In this document: positions 27,018 to 39,555 of the stretch, in pieces
Numbering within the stretch: position 1 is the stretch's first letter
Layout: each line of letters begins with the position of its first letter
NCBI GenBank assembly: GCA_000934665.2
Contig: KZ538436.1
Coordinates: forward strand, 1 to 64,000
Direction of reading: 5' to 3'
Source of the DNA: Catajapyx aquilonaris
Taxonomy: Eukaryota
DNA: 64,000 nucleotides
Notes under the pieces: model-generated
The model's database searches: none
What the model was told of the DNA's origin: nothing
Seen by the model: only the letters and a program-made list of their open reading frames with translations
Translations under genes and position numbers: made by a program

Positions 27018-27225
27018 NNNNNNNNNNNNNNNNNNNNNNNNNNNNNNNNNNNNNNNNNNNNNNNNNNNNNNNNNNNNNNNNNNNNNNNNNNNNNNNNNNN
27101 NNNNNNNNNNNNNNNNNNNNNNNNNNNNNNNNNNNNNNNNNNNNNNNNNNNNNNNNNNNNNNNNNNNNNNNNNNNNNNNNNNNNNNNNNNNNNNNNNNNN
27201 NNNNNNNNNNNNNNNNNNNNNNNNN
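27018..27225. other. Assembly gap (208 N) between poly-C and poly-G tracts
   Basis: Seen directly. Confidence 1.
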
Positions 27226-28806
27226 GGGGGGGGGGGGAAGAGCTCTCCCAAACATGGCGTCCAACAGTCTGCCGAGGCAAATTTCTCCCGCACTCCCAAA
27301 TGGCCTTAAAACAATTTATAGCCGCTATCTTGGCCGCGCCGTGGCTGAAAAACAAGAAGCAAGGTCAGGGTTAAGTGGGCGCCTCTTGGGGAAATGTGAT
27401 ACTCATGTGTACACTCATAAATTTATTTTTATTCCCCGCTAGCGGTCCCTTACAGCAAGCAAGTACAGCTTGACAAAAAAAAAATTGGGCACGCGACACC
27501 CAGCAAGGCGGTGCGTGTAGTTATGCAACTATTAGTAATTCATTAGCGGACCGCACCTAGTGACATTAGAAAATGTAATTATAGGCCGACGTAGATTTAA
27601 TATCCCGCTATCATGCACCACGTTTGTTCCCCCGGTAGGAGTCAAATAAATTCAGAAGGGTAATGGTACAGTGATATGTTCTCAATTATCATTACCCCCG
27701 TATGCAGGCTGGGAAGTGGAAGCTATTTCCTTTTCGTCAGCGCAGATTTATGGTCCGCCCTCTGTTATTATAAGCCTATAGGCCATTATGCTTCCGGCAA
27801 AGGTGACTCAACCATTCGAGTCAGGTCGAGGATGGAAGCAAAAGGAAGCAGAGACCGGCGGAAGCCCAGTCTTTGGGCCCACTACAGATTAAGTTTTGAA
27901 GCCGGACGTTGTCATTTATCACGCCGGCCGCCGATTGAGATTTCATATCTGCTGGCTGGCCGACCTCATTAACCTGCACTAGACTATAGGCCTATCGTAT
28001 CTGCTCAGGGTGGGGGAAGGGGATACCCCGAGTATATAGAGGCCCAGCAGCCGTATAGGAGCACATGAGAAATCGCCGCCATTTCCCCCATCCCTCACCC
28101 GGCCTGTTTGTAATTCCTTCTTGGCAAATCCATAACGCCCGCCCAAAGAAATTCATTACTATCGCCGGGCTCTTAGTAGGTTCGGCGGGGAAAACAGGAG
28201 AAAAGGGAGATGCTTATGGATGGCGAATCTGAAAGCAGTGATGAATAGCTTGCTTTCACCGATATGGAAGTGCATTAGTCTTTTCTGCCGCCTGTCATTT
28301 ATTTCACTTCGCTTTTCTCCCAGACAAACGCTCGCTTCAAGAAGAAATCAGTATCTACTCATGGAAGAAAACGATGGAAATGACGCGGCTGGATAATGTT
28401 GATCATCTGTTGGAACCCTGGTGTGTTCGCCGAACTTCCACGGATCGGTGTGAACAGCACCACTTGGGGATCCTAGCTCTCTATAGGATCCCTGCACTGC
28501 ATCATGCTCTCAATACTTGATATTGTTGCCGAAACTTGTCTGTTTGCAAAGGTTAGTACTTGCATTTGATAATCTGTAATTATTAGTTTTCTACAGTCAC
28601 ATGCTCATTCGCCTGATTCAAAATGATTTAACATGCAGTGTATAGCCACTCAGTGAAAAGGTATTGAGGAATAGATTTTACAATACTTTCCTTGTATTAT
28701 GCGGGACGTTCCTATACGTAAATATAATGTCAATTTGGGTAGGAATTTTTGGTTCTAAGCTGCTTATTTTTAGTTTTTTAGCTTACTTTTAGATGTTCTT
28801 ACAACT

Positions 28807-29134
28807 TTTTTATTTATTTTATTTTTTATTTAGTTTACCCCGTGATGACCCTTACGGGTGCTATAGGGGGGTGGCATACCACCATAAGTTTTCTGCTTCA
28901 TTCACCGGTGCAAGGAAACAGGGACAATGGGAAAGGATAGGGATTTTTGGGGAGGGAACATGGGTGCAAGGTGCAATGTCGTAGCTATGGGTCATGTGCT
29001 GTTCCCCAGGAGGTTAGGTTGCCAGACACCTCCTTGGTGCAGGTCAGAGACCCTCCTGACGCAGGTGAAAGGAAAGTTCCCCAGGCGGGGATCGAACCTG
29101 GGGCCTTTCACATCTCGGCCATCTACACCTCTCC
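28807..29134 (-). mobile_element. tRNA-derived SINE (A-rich tail)
   Basis: 16-bp TSD AGATGTTCTTACAACT at 28791-28806 and 29135-29150. B box GGTTCGATCCC (29088-29098, minus) and A-box-like GGTGTAGATGG. Tail GGGGTAAACTAAATAAAAAATAAAATAAATAAAA. Confidence 0.9.
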
Positions 29135-29307
29135 AGATGTTCTTACAACTGTTAGGTGCCGAATTGAATCATTTATCGAAACTCTGAGTTGCAATAATTT
29201 TCGATTGGGACTATCCCTTAGTTGGAAAAATGTATCGAACGTCGTTTTGTAGGTCAGGTGTTAAAAATTATGGGTCTATGCCACCCAACAAACCCTTGTC
29301 ATAATTA

Positions 29308-29641
29308 TTAATAATAATAATAATTGTGGGGTAGTGCTTCACCTTTCGGCGTTCGGCACGGACCTTTACATAGTGTACAAGTTGGAGCCATTGAGAAGCG
29401 CCCGGGCCCCCGGGCAGGATGACAGGAGGGGATGTGGAAGTGCAGTGCATCTGACGTGGTGGCCATTTTTAGTGAACTCCCCCGGGTGGTTTAGTCTGTG
29501 GAAATACCACCCGAGACGAAGCCAGAGGTGACCCCGAACTCTGCACGAGATGAAGGGGGGGGGGGGTGTTCCCGGGCTGGGATCGAACCAGGGACCTTAA
29601 CATCCGTGGGCGCATACGTTACCGCAGCGCCACTCTGCCTC
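29308..29641 (-). mobile_element. tRNA-derived SINE ((TTA)n tail)
   Basis: 15-bp TSD CCCTTGTCATAATTA at 29293-29307 and 29642-29656. A box TGGCGCTGCGG (29622-29632) and B box GGTTCGATCCC (29579-29589) on minus. Tail CCCCACAATTATTATTATTATT. Confidence 0.9.
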
Positions 29642-30632
29642 CCCTTGTCATAATTACAAATAGTAACTATTCAAAATTCACTCCTAAAAAGAAGCAGATT
29701 AGTGCCAAAATGTAAATTATACTTTTTCAATCGCATAATACAGCCTGTATACAGAATCTCCACTATACGCAGGTTACACCTGACTTCGGAAATTGTTGCC
29801 TGAGCTACAGATTTGGGGACACAAATTCTGCAGCTTGTAATGAGATTTAATCTTTTCTGGTTTAGTGTTGTCTGATATAACGGAAACTTGTCTGTCGTTA
29901 CGGAAAGTAGCGTTTCAGTCATGTGCAGGTTTTGTTGTATACCTACCTGAATACAGCACACTACAAGCTATAAAAATGTAACAAGTAATGGGTAACTCTT
30001 ATACATAGTATTAGACTTAACAAGATTTTTTTGCAATTAAAAATTTAAAACCCTACTCTGACAAGTAGACACAATAAAAAATTAACTGCAACAAAAAAGG
30101 AAATTGTAACTTACACTTGTGCGCTGAGATAATAATTTAAAATTACGTTCGACACTCATACCAAATTGCGAACACTATAGCTAGCCAGTGAATAAATATA
30201 TTGTGATCTACGCTCTATCTCTTAATATAAATAGAGAGAGCACAGTACATTTTCGTCATAATTATACTGAAGACGTGATACTCATTAGCTTTGAAATGAA
30301 CCCCATTATTTTCCTGCTTAGCAGATTGATAAATATTTTCAGCATCATGAGGAGCAGTGGAATTAGAAATTTTTTGAAAATCCTATTACATGTAACAGCT
30401 AAGATCTTAATCTTCTGCCTTTTTGGTAAGTTGTGAGTAAAAATGTGATAGCCATAATGAGTTTTGGTCATATCTCAGGTGGATATTATAAATATTATTC
30501 CCCAACAAAACTGTTAGCTCTATAGGCCTAACTGACACATTTTTATCAATATGTGGCATAATATTGTACACGTAGAAAGAAAATATGTAGGGAGTGCCTT
30601 TCACAAAATGCAAGATAGCATTTGTGGAAATA

Positions 30633-30661
30633 ATATATATATCTATCTATCTATCTATCTA
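30633..30661. repeat. (AT)n(ATCT)5 compound microsatellite
   Basis: Seen directly. Confidence 0.9.
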
Positions 30662-30929
30662 CGCCATTATTGAGACTATCTGGAAAATTTCGAGACAAGC
30701 TTTAAAATAATAACAAATTATATAATTTTTGCTCTTGGATACATCTGCGCAGGGCTGTTTTACAAAATGTCATTCTTGAACTGTAACTCCGTCGTCGCAT
30801 GCGCTGTGGTGATTTTAATAATCGGTAAAATTCAGTAGAAGCTGATATAATCTAATTTTGTCAACATGCGTGCCTCCGATAATCAACTTTATCAAAACTC
30901 AAACCACAAAACTTACGTCGAGCCATATA

Positions 30930-31164
30930 TATGGTGTTCCAAATTCGCAGGTCGTTTTATTATAACTTATATCTCCCGATAGTAGTTATTATTGTAGCTT
31001 GTTGTGCCCCTAACCAGGTGCCTCATTCTATAACTACTGCTATATTCGACCCCCTGAGACTTGCTATAGAATGGGAAACCTGGTTAGAAGCACAAGCTAC
31101 AAAAATAACGACTATCTGGCGATATCAGATATTATAAAACTACTCACGAATTTGGAACGCCCTG
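30930..31164. mobile_element. TA/CAGGGTG-family foldback MITE
   Basis: TA|TATGGTGTTCCAAATTCG ... CGAATTTGGAACGCCCTG|TA with inverted arms throughout. Shares TATAACTACTGCTATATTCGACCC and GTTATT..TGTAGCTTGT with the 24338 element. Confidence 0.85.
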
Positions 31165-31337
31165 TATAGACACCAAAAATTACCTATGCCGCCGAGTACA
31201 CCGGCCAGAAGGAAGGCACATGATTCATATTGTAAAACGAGTAAAACCGGATTGACTTTGTGAATTACATAACTACAAACTTTTCTTGAATAGAGTTTAT
31301 ATGATAACGCTTCAGGTATCTCTAGGTCTAGGGTCAA

Positions 31338-31348
31338 GGTTCGAATCC
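31338..31348 (+). mobile_element. Isolated Pol III B box, probable decayed SINE head
   Basis: GGTTCGAATCC; no clear A box, cloverleaf or TSD. Confidence 0.3.
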
Positions 31349-32809
31349 AAGACCGGGCAGCGACCAAGTCATAAATCATGGAAGGGTTATAATATACTAA
31401 AATTATCGATATAATATACATAGGTCCCTTCCATCGTGTATAATCCCACCTGTCAAACTGATAATATATGGAATAAGCGACGCATTGGGCATAACTCACT
31501 CTGACAGGACATGTCAGTGACTATGTTTTCGTTCAGCATATGCCCGGGAGGCCAACTGAAGAAAACATTCACATCAGCAAAATGCCCTACTGCCTTCCTT
31601 CTCACCTTGATACAAAAATAAAAACAGTCAGACCTTGCAACACTGCATGTAGCGTATAATTGCTTGAAGCGTTCCTTTCGCTGCGCCCGTAAGTTATGGA
31701 CAATAGAATTCTCAGCACGTCATAAATTGTTGCGTAACCTTGCGCGTACCAGCTTAAACGCCTAACATAACTGAAATCCCCCCAAAACATGAGCTTAATT
31801 TAATAGAAAGTGTCGAGGAAGGTGGGGAGGAGGCAAAAGGTCCACCTTATAGCTTCCGAGATTGGAAATGGAAGGCGCTGGATTGGGCAAGAAATGAATT
31901 GGATAAGGGGTGGGGGGGAGGTTTGGAGGGGGAAGGAGGAGAAAGAGGGGGGGGGGGGGGGATCTTTCTCCCGCCTTCCCTCTTTTGCTTTTGTTGGTGG
32001 GTCCTGAATGCATTGGAGCTGCGAAGAAAGGAAGGTCGCCGAACCTTCCTCGATAATAGCCCCCCTCAAATTACCTCCTGATAGGAATTTCTTTATGTAT
32101 TTCGATTACGCTTTTCCTTCTATCCGCAAACTAATTAAAGAAAGAATGCTGTACGGATCCGGCTACAAGGACGTGGGATTCGGGGAGAATGGTTCATGCC
32201 ATTGTCGCTTTTGGGCGTGTCACACCAAAATCCAATCTTCCGACATCACAATGCCCCTCCAAGGCTGCTTCTAAATCCGATGCACACAAAGACAACAGAT
32301 AACGGAACTGCAAATTCAGACTTGCGTTAACGTGGTTGTAATTAGCCGGAAATTTCCTGCTTCATTAACAGATGGCTTGAGTCCGCTTCATAATTCTGCG
32401 AGCACTTGGACCATGTGGGTGTCAAGACTTACTATAGGACAACTATATTCAAAACTGTAATATCCACTCTGGCTTTTTTTGAAATATCGCGTGCCATCAT
32501 GTGGATGTAGGCAAATGTCATTGTTGTAACATCACTATTAGAAAGAGCAGAGGGTGACGGATTTAACAACATCCCCGGACTGACTACCCACCTGCGATGT
32601 AGCAATAACATGGCACAGGGCCCGTCATATATGGATGATTAGAATGCATGCGATCAATAATATCTGCGATGCACGATGTAAGGTTTGGATTTGGATTTTT
32701 CAGATACGGTCATTTGTGATAGGCCTAAAGAATTTAAAAAAATAAAAATACGACGATCCTGCGAGGATCATTTTAAAAATATATGACGGGCCTTCATCAC
32801 CGGCGTTGC

Positions 32810-32863
32810 TGCGGGAGGAAAAGGGGTGAACCTCAAGAAAACCCACGCGAACACAGAGAGAAC
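32810..32863 (-). mobile_element. V-domain-like SINE central region remnant
   Basis: Plus strand TGCGGGAGGAAAAGGGGTGAACCTCAAGAAAACCCACGCGAACACAGAGAGAAC resembles the reverse complement of the V-SINE core as I recall it (TGTGGGAGGAAACCGGAG.ACCCGGAG.AAACCCACGC..ACACGGGGAGAAC). Confidence 0.55.
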
Positions 32864-35800
32864 CCAAGTATTGCTCTAATAGCTGGAATTGAGTATGTTT
32901 ATGATAGTTCCAGCCATTAATATTAACCGTGAGACTTTTATTGGCCCAACTGCAACACTACAAAGGTCATCAAATCCTTCCCCTACGCCCTGACCAGAAA
33001 AGGCCCACCACCAGAAGATGAACAGTGCAACCGTGATTTGCTATTCATTGAGCATATCCAGCGGCGATAATTTATGAGGGAAAGACAACTCGGAGTCGGC
33101 CATGTCAGTCAGCGGCGAAAGGGACAAAGAATTGTACGACCAAGATTCATGACTCCTTACAGTTCGAATCTTGGTGACTTTGAATGCAATCGATAGCGGC
33201 CGTATCTTCCCCGTATTAAAATTCCATGTGCGCTGTGGACTGTAAGCCATGAGCGATGGTTCGGGTTGTCTCATACCGTCACAAAAGACGTCTCCAACTC
33301 GATTCCGGTGACGTTGCGGACACATGTGACCGTATAATGCACGCGCCAGGCTGGGACACAATTTGAAGATTAATACCGGCACGTAGTAAAACATTACTAA
33401 TAGCAAAATACCATGTATAATTCATGCTCCCTGTTTTATTGAGCGCTCATTTTTCTTGCATTTTTCGCGGAAGACTAAGCATACTGTTTCCAGATTCTAT
33501 TAAGTGAAAAAGTTGAATAAGACGCAGTGAAATGGTAGAAAGAATGAAAAGAGGACGATGGGGGGGAAGGAGGAGGAGGAGGGGGGAACCCAAAAAAATT
33601 GGAAGAAGAAGAAGAAAAAAAGTCAAACGGGGACAGAGAGGGCGGGCGAAGGAGAGAAAATGGCTTCTTTCCAAAACAGAACTCCCCAATCCTGGCCCTT
33701 TTCTCTTTTTCTAGGATGAAGTATGGCTTCCTCCTACGCACAGTTTCAATTTTCACAATTTCCTGTTCCTTTCCATCCCTATCCGAAAATTTCTTTCCGA
33801 TTTTTTGAACATCATTGACCTCTCCTGACCAGCAGTAGCCTTCCTTTTTTTTTCTTCTTCTTCTTCAAAATGATTTCTTCTTAGTAAGGGATCCGCCTTG
33901 TACATCCAGGCCTTCTAGCCGTTGGCTTATACACAATGATGCGACTGCAAAGGGAACTGAAAAGATTGGGGGGAAAAATCTCGTTGCCTCTTCCCCGGGA
34001 GTTTGGCAGTTGACAAATGAGTCGAGGGAACCGACAGGATCTGGGCGCATCCCTTGTTCGCCCTACCAAGCAGAAAGGAACCCACAGTTGGGGACGACCT
34101 CCCTGCGATTCCATTTCTTTGCCTCTGTTTTCAATCGCGCATTCCCTTTGCTTTCTGTGTTTTGCCTCTCTAGACTTTTTTTTTTTGAAAGAAGAAGGGG
34201 GGAGTCTCTCCCCCCCCCCCCCNCCCCTTTTGCTATCTTGCAGCCTAAACCATGGCATATCTTGATGAGCCAAGCTCCAACAGGAGAAAAGGGTGGACGT
34301 GCCGACATGATGGAAGCCATGTTGCTGGCAAGAAGCAATGCCATTGGTTACTCACTGCGCCGGACCATACATCACAGTCGTGGCTATACACTCCTCAGTT
34401 TCTTTGGAGCAACCTGGCTGCAAATTTCTATGCTGATGTGGACACAGATGATTTCACAAAGCGTCAATGAAATCAAACGGAAGGTTATAAGCGGGCCTAT
34501 CAGTTCGGAATTGGAAATCGATGTTCTCCCCCCCTCTTTTCTTTTACCTTCCATACGGGTTTAGTTTGCTGCTGAGAGAACGACAAAAGCCAGATAGGCT
34601 AGAATAAAGAAGCGGCGGTTGGTGGAGGTGATGGATGCCCCTGGGCTACAATGGCGCCACCAGCCACGGCTCTAAAAACTATTTCTCCCCTGCTGCTCAA
34701 AACTGGCTCATTACACTGCCAAATCCGATCAAGAAGTAAGCAACTTATTACACGCACTCACTAGTCACAATGTGTTAAAGGGATCGTTATATTAGTCGAT
34801 TGAAGGTCCATTGTTGTAGTAAGCAAAACATTTTTTTGTTAAAATTAGTTCCACCGATGGGGATATATGTGACTCGAACAAAATTGCTTTCAGTAGACAG
34901 CTACGCATCTGTCAATTTCAACTAAATGAATGAAGTTAACACCTTCCTTAGATGTTAATCTTGAGGGTCGAATGCCCGATGGCTACATGCGCACTAAATC
35001 AACCAGAATTAGCATAGGCTGGCCATTTCTACCTAGAGCCCACGTTTCGGAAATCGATATCCGGACACCCAAGTATTGTCGCATTCAATTTTTCAGAGTC
35101 GTGTTTCCCTTTTTACCTGGTGGCCACACAGTCGAACTATAATGAAACTAATTAACCATCCTCATCGATTGGGTGAGGCCACTTTGTACTGAAACCCTCG
35201 TCCCGAAGAAAGCCTGGAAACAAAGCCAGCCTGGCACAGATAAGTCGGGAGGGCGAAATGACGTGGCACTTTCTGGTGAGAAGCCTTGTCTGGCCGCGGC
35301 TGAGAGACTTTGGTCCAGGCTAAAACCTATAGCACTTCCTTTGTTCCCCGGCCGCTCCCTAGCTTGTCCGGCGGGCTCGGCCATCAAGCTGCCCATTGCT
35401 CATTGTCACCACGAGTTGGCCACCTACTCCATTGTCGCGGAACGCCGCGCCGAGAAAGGAAAAGCTCTAATCAGGAATAGTGCCGAAAAGTTGGTCTGAG
35501 AGACCGAGTTAATTTTTGCAAGCATAACATGACTCAGGCTACATAAAGAACTCTAGTTAACGACCCATGTTGGAGGCCATGTTTGGTATAGTAGACTGGA
35601 GGGGAAATTGGTGTAAAGTGCCAGTTAACGAGAGAATGGGCAAGTGCTTCCAACACTTTCCGGCCTCCCCTCTCTTATTCTAGCACTGCAATGACCCGTG
35701 ACGCTGAGGTAAAGGGTCCCTCTGAGACAGCCCCAACTCTCAGCTCAATCTCCGGATAGTTCCAAATCCTACCGGGAGCAGGGATGATTGGCAGCTCCTT

Positions 35801-36293
35801 AGGGCTACGTCATTGGAATAAAAATGGCGCATCCCTACCGCCTCTGCTTCCCCCTACTCCCTGGGCACATGGAATCAGCTTCATCCTTCCAAATTAGCTT
35901 TTTGCAAGGTGCGATGCTTAATTACGCTCAGGTTTATCATGATTCAAGTAAAACATCGTCACGTTTTTCCACGGTTGCAATGGCCGGCACAAATGGAGGT
36001 CTAATGAAGAATTTTCGTGTCTGGAGTTGTGTTTCGTGTGGTGCCAACACGGTAGGCCTATACTTAGTCCCGGTGACCACCTCAGGAGAAGGCGTCAGCC
36101 TTTAATTACACGGAGAATAAAACGTGTTGATTTATTACGACTGTATCCACAATGGAGGAGGTGACGGGTTCAACTGTTTGTTGCGTTTCGCTTTCTATGG
36201 GTATCGATACGTGACGGCACAACCAGACATCGACAAAAAAAATATTGTCACCAATATTGTTGCTTCGATGCTATGGAGACAGTCAGTAGCGGT

Positions 36294-36583
36294 CAAAGAG
36301 TTCTGCTATATTATATATACACCTAGAGGAGGTACTCGGCCTGAAATGTGAGGCAGGCAACAATGCAGGCAACAATATGACCTCCAACAAGATGGCGGAC
36401 GCCTGACATTATTGAACTAATTGTCGCCCAGTTGTCATTATTGGTTGTTGTCCCAGTTGCTAGACAACCGTTAGAACAACAATATTACCTCCAACAAGAT
36501 GGCGGCTGCCTCAGCCTGTCTAATGGAAAAGGATAGGGAGTACCTCCTCTAGGTATTATATTATATAATAGCAGAACTCTTTG
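36294..36583. mobile_element. MITE with 8-bp TSD and CAAAG termini (P-element-like; hAT not excluded)
   Basis: TSD GTAGCGGT at 36286-36293 and 36584-36591. ~45-bp TIRs CAAAGAGTTCTGCTAT...ACCTAGAGGAGGTACTC. Internal 29-bp direct repeat at 36370-36398 / 36477-36505. Confidence 0.9.
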
Positions 36584-36826
36584 GTAGCGGTAGGCAAAAA
36601 CAATATGTTTACAATTAATTGTTGATTTATTGTTGATTATTGATTTGAGACGGTGCTATGCCCACACGTTTCTGTTTGTTCTTACTTGAGTAGACTAAAA
36701 TGAGTTCATTGTTTATGTTCTTCTGTCACTCGAAAATTTACTATGCTGGATATTTAATTGTAATGGATATAACCTATAGTTTGAATATAAGGGGTTCAAA
36801 ATAAATAAATACATAAATAAATAAAT

Positions 36827-36911
36827 TCACCATTCATTCATTTACATGACAGCATAAGTCCCATTCAGGGGTATAGCCAGGTTACACCTGCTGGCCACCT
36901 CGTTCGACCGA
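36827..36911 (-). mobile_element. Short 5'-truncated retroelement 3' end with (TGAA)n tail
   Basis: Minus strand ends ...GGGACTTATGCTGTCATGTAAATGAATGAATG. It is flanked by imperfect CAAAAT(AAAT)n duplications at ~36797-36826 and ~36912-36936. Confidence 0.45.
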
Positions 36912-39555
36912 CAAAATAATAAATAAATAAATAAATACTGTAAATATATTGGCAAAACCAGACTATAGGTAACAATTATTTTTTCGCCTTTTTTGGTGGG
37001 CCACCCACATTTTCGGGATTGCTCTTTATCTGTTTGCTTCATCAGTTAAATCTAAACATCTGATTCCTTATTAAATCATCGAGAACTACATAATACGGTT
37101 CAAAAAAAACCTCATTCATTTCCCTTGACAAGATGGCGCTTCCCAAAGACTGATTGTTATTAATGAAATCTTAATGAAACCTTATTAAGGTCATACAGTT
37201 TGCACTAATTAAGGCCTCGGTGCACCTAACTTTCAAACTGCAATTAATACGCTAATGACCTTTGATTTAAATTTAACGTCAAAAGAGAAACGCATTACTG
37301 GCTCGAAGCGCCAGGCAGCCGACCAAGCTGCTGTTTTTCACAGTAAAGATTTTACAAAGTTTTTTTCCCCCCTCCCACCCCCACCCCCTACCCCCACGTT
37401 CTGCTCTCATCCCGTCTGTTAATTCGAGCGTCTCAGACTGATTCATGTATGACTAATCAACGCCTCTGGCCAGCATCTCGGTACCCATAAATGCCACTTC
37501 ATGTCGTACGATGGCGTGATTTTTTTTTTTAAAATTAAAGTACAGCTATGGTGGTTTTTTGGGACATTATTTTTTGGCATATTAGAAAAAATGGCCAATA
37601 TGCAATATGTGTCGTATTTGTATGTTATCACCTGAATTTCTGCTAGAAAAAATGGCGCCTGCTGGTCCAGTGTATAGCCACTCTAGGCAGTGCCAGATGA
37701 AGGAAAAAGACTAGCTGGGCCTATAGATCTATCAAGGGAGGCAACCCAGCAGCAGTGCACCCTCCCCATCCAGTCCTTCCTTCCCCCAACCAGCCTCCCC
37801 CCCTCCTCCCCGTATAATGAGGGGGATTCGTGTTAAGCAGAAACAGGGAGCAATCGTTAATGAGATTGGAAATCGAGATCCTAGGAGAGAGCAGCGACCC
37901 CCAGAGAACACAAGTAATTGATCAAGTTGAATAACAAGCGACAAAAGTTTGCGGGCCCCGCCGAGGAAGCCCCGGATCGATCCGGTGGTTCTTAGCGGCT
38001 GGCAGTTCCATTAGGCAACTAGCACTGGCGCGGCCCTCGCCGTTGCCGCCAACAAAAGGATGTGCCAATCAAAGAGACGGCCCAGAGCACGGTGATGGAA
38101 CGAACCCTGGCGTAATTTACACAAAAACGACATCAGGGCCCGATGATGGATGATGGCCGCAAGAACCAATCACATGACAACCGCCTGGAACAGTCTTTCA
38201 CCCTCCTCCAACGGGTATCAATATCGATGACTCGCCTCGCGCCATTGCCTATAGACACACTCCTAGAAATACTCTAAAAAGAGAGCGAGAGAGAGAGATG
38301 TCCTTATGCAAATGGACCCCCGGGAAAGATCTCTTATTAATCACCCCACCGGTTTTTGTCTACCTGAGGGAGACGGTGTGAAAGAATCTGGAGACACATT
38401 ACACAATCATTCTTCACTGTTCTTATAAATGACTCTTTAGGGAGGTCAGGCAGTGCAATCAACCAGAAATTATTTCTTTTCCTCACAAGTTCTGAGGCTT
38501 AGAATATAAAAATGGCGGGTGGCATGTATTACGTGACATTTCATTTGACGTCATTTAACACCCGTACACATGCGACGAGAATCTTCTTTTTTTTCAGTGG
38601 TGGGGCTTCACCTCCTGGTCTTAAGACTACACCCACCTGGCTACCCTAGATTATTACCTGACGCAGGAAATGGAGATCGCATGAGAACCCAACTAATGAC
38701 ACGGTGCTGGACTGTGCGATGAATAGGCCTCGTTTTTTGGTGCCAATTACATTAATTATGGATCCAGCTAATACCAGGAATTGGAGATGCCCCGACTCCG
38801 CCCACTCGAATGCGAAATAACGAGGCATGTGTGTCGAAAAGTCTCAATTTGTTTACTGGGGGATAGGCAAAATAAATGTCAGGAGGTGATTAGTAGGCTA
38901 ACAATGTGCAAAAAAGGCCTATATCTCGGAGACGAGGCATATAGAGGGCGGGCTGGTAGGTGGGGGAAGGCTTGGCAACCAAGAGGGAGCGAGGGAGGTA
39001 GGGAGGAGGGGAACACAAAGCATCCTCTTCCCTGCGCCATTTGATTTACGACATTTGCGCTTAAACCAGTTCATCGACTAGTCCGATAACCGCAAAGCGA
39101 GGAAAGTTAATTGGAAATTACTCCTCCGCATGTACGAGTCCCGGGTGAAACAATAACGTTTGGAGGGCGGGATGGCTTGGTTGGAAGGCCCCGTTTGGCA
39201 TGGCTGCCGCCGCCGAGCCCCAACCACCCCCAACTACCTACCTACCCAACCCCATTCCGTGAGAACACCGACAACACTCACGCAAACACCTGACAGCCCA
39301 ACTTCGGTTCCTACTTTCTGCTGTACTCGCTCATTATGCAGCAATTCTCTATACCTTTGGCTCCTGCACGCAACGCAAAAACGCCTATCCCACCTTATTA
39401 ACCGTGGGGGCACCCCATTCCACAAAGTAGACTTTTAATCACTTCTTTTGGGATGGAATATTCCAATCCAAGGTATGTGCACTGTGGTGCAATACGTGTA
39501 GGATGTGACTGATTAATATTGCCTGTTAACATTAATTAACAAAAATTGTACTCAC

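Noticed and set aside
26817..27442. Long ORFs spanning the gap
   Set aside because: Artefacts of reading through Ns.
29560..29641. tRNA gene
   Set aside because: No complete cloverleaf or T-run terminator; it sits within a TSD-flanked SINE.
33000..33406. Coding-looking segment (ORF 33041..33406)
   Set aside because: No recognisable motif in the frames I translated and no clear splice boundaries.
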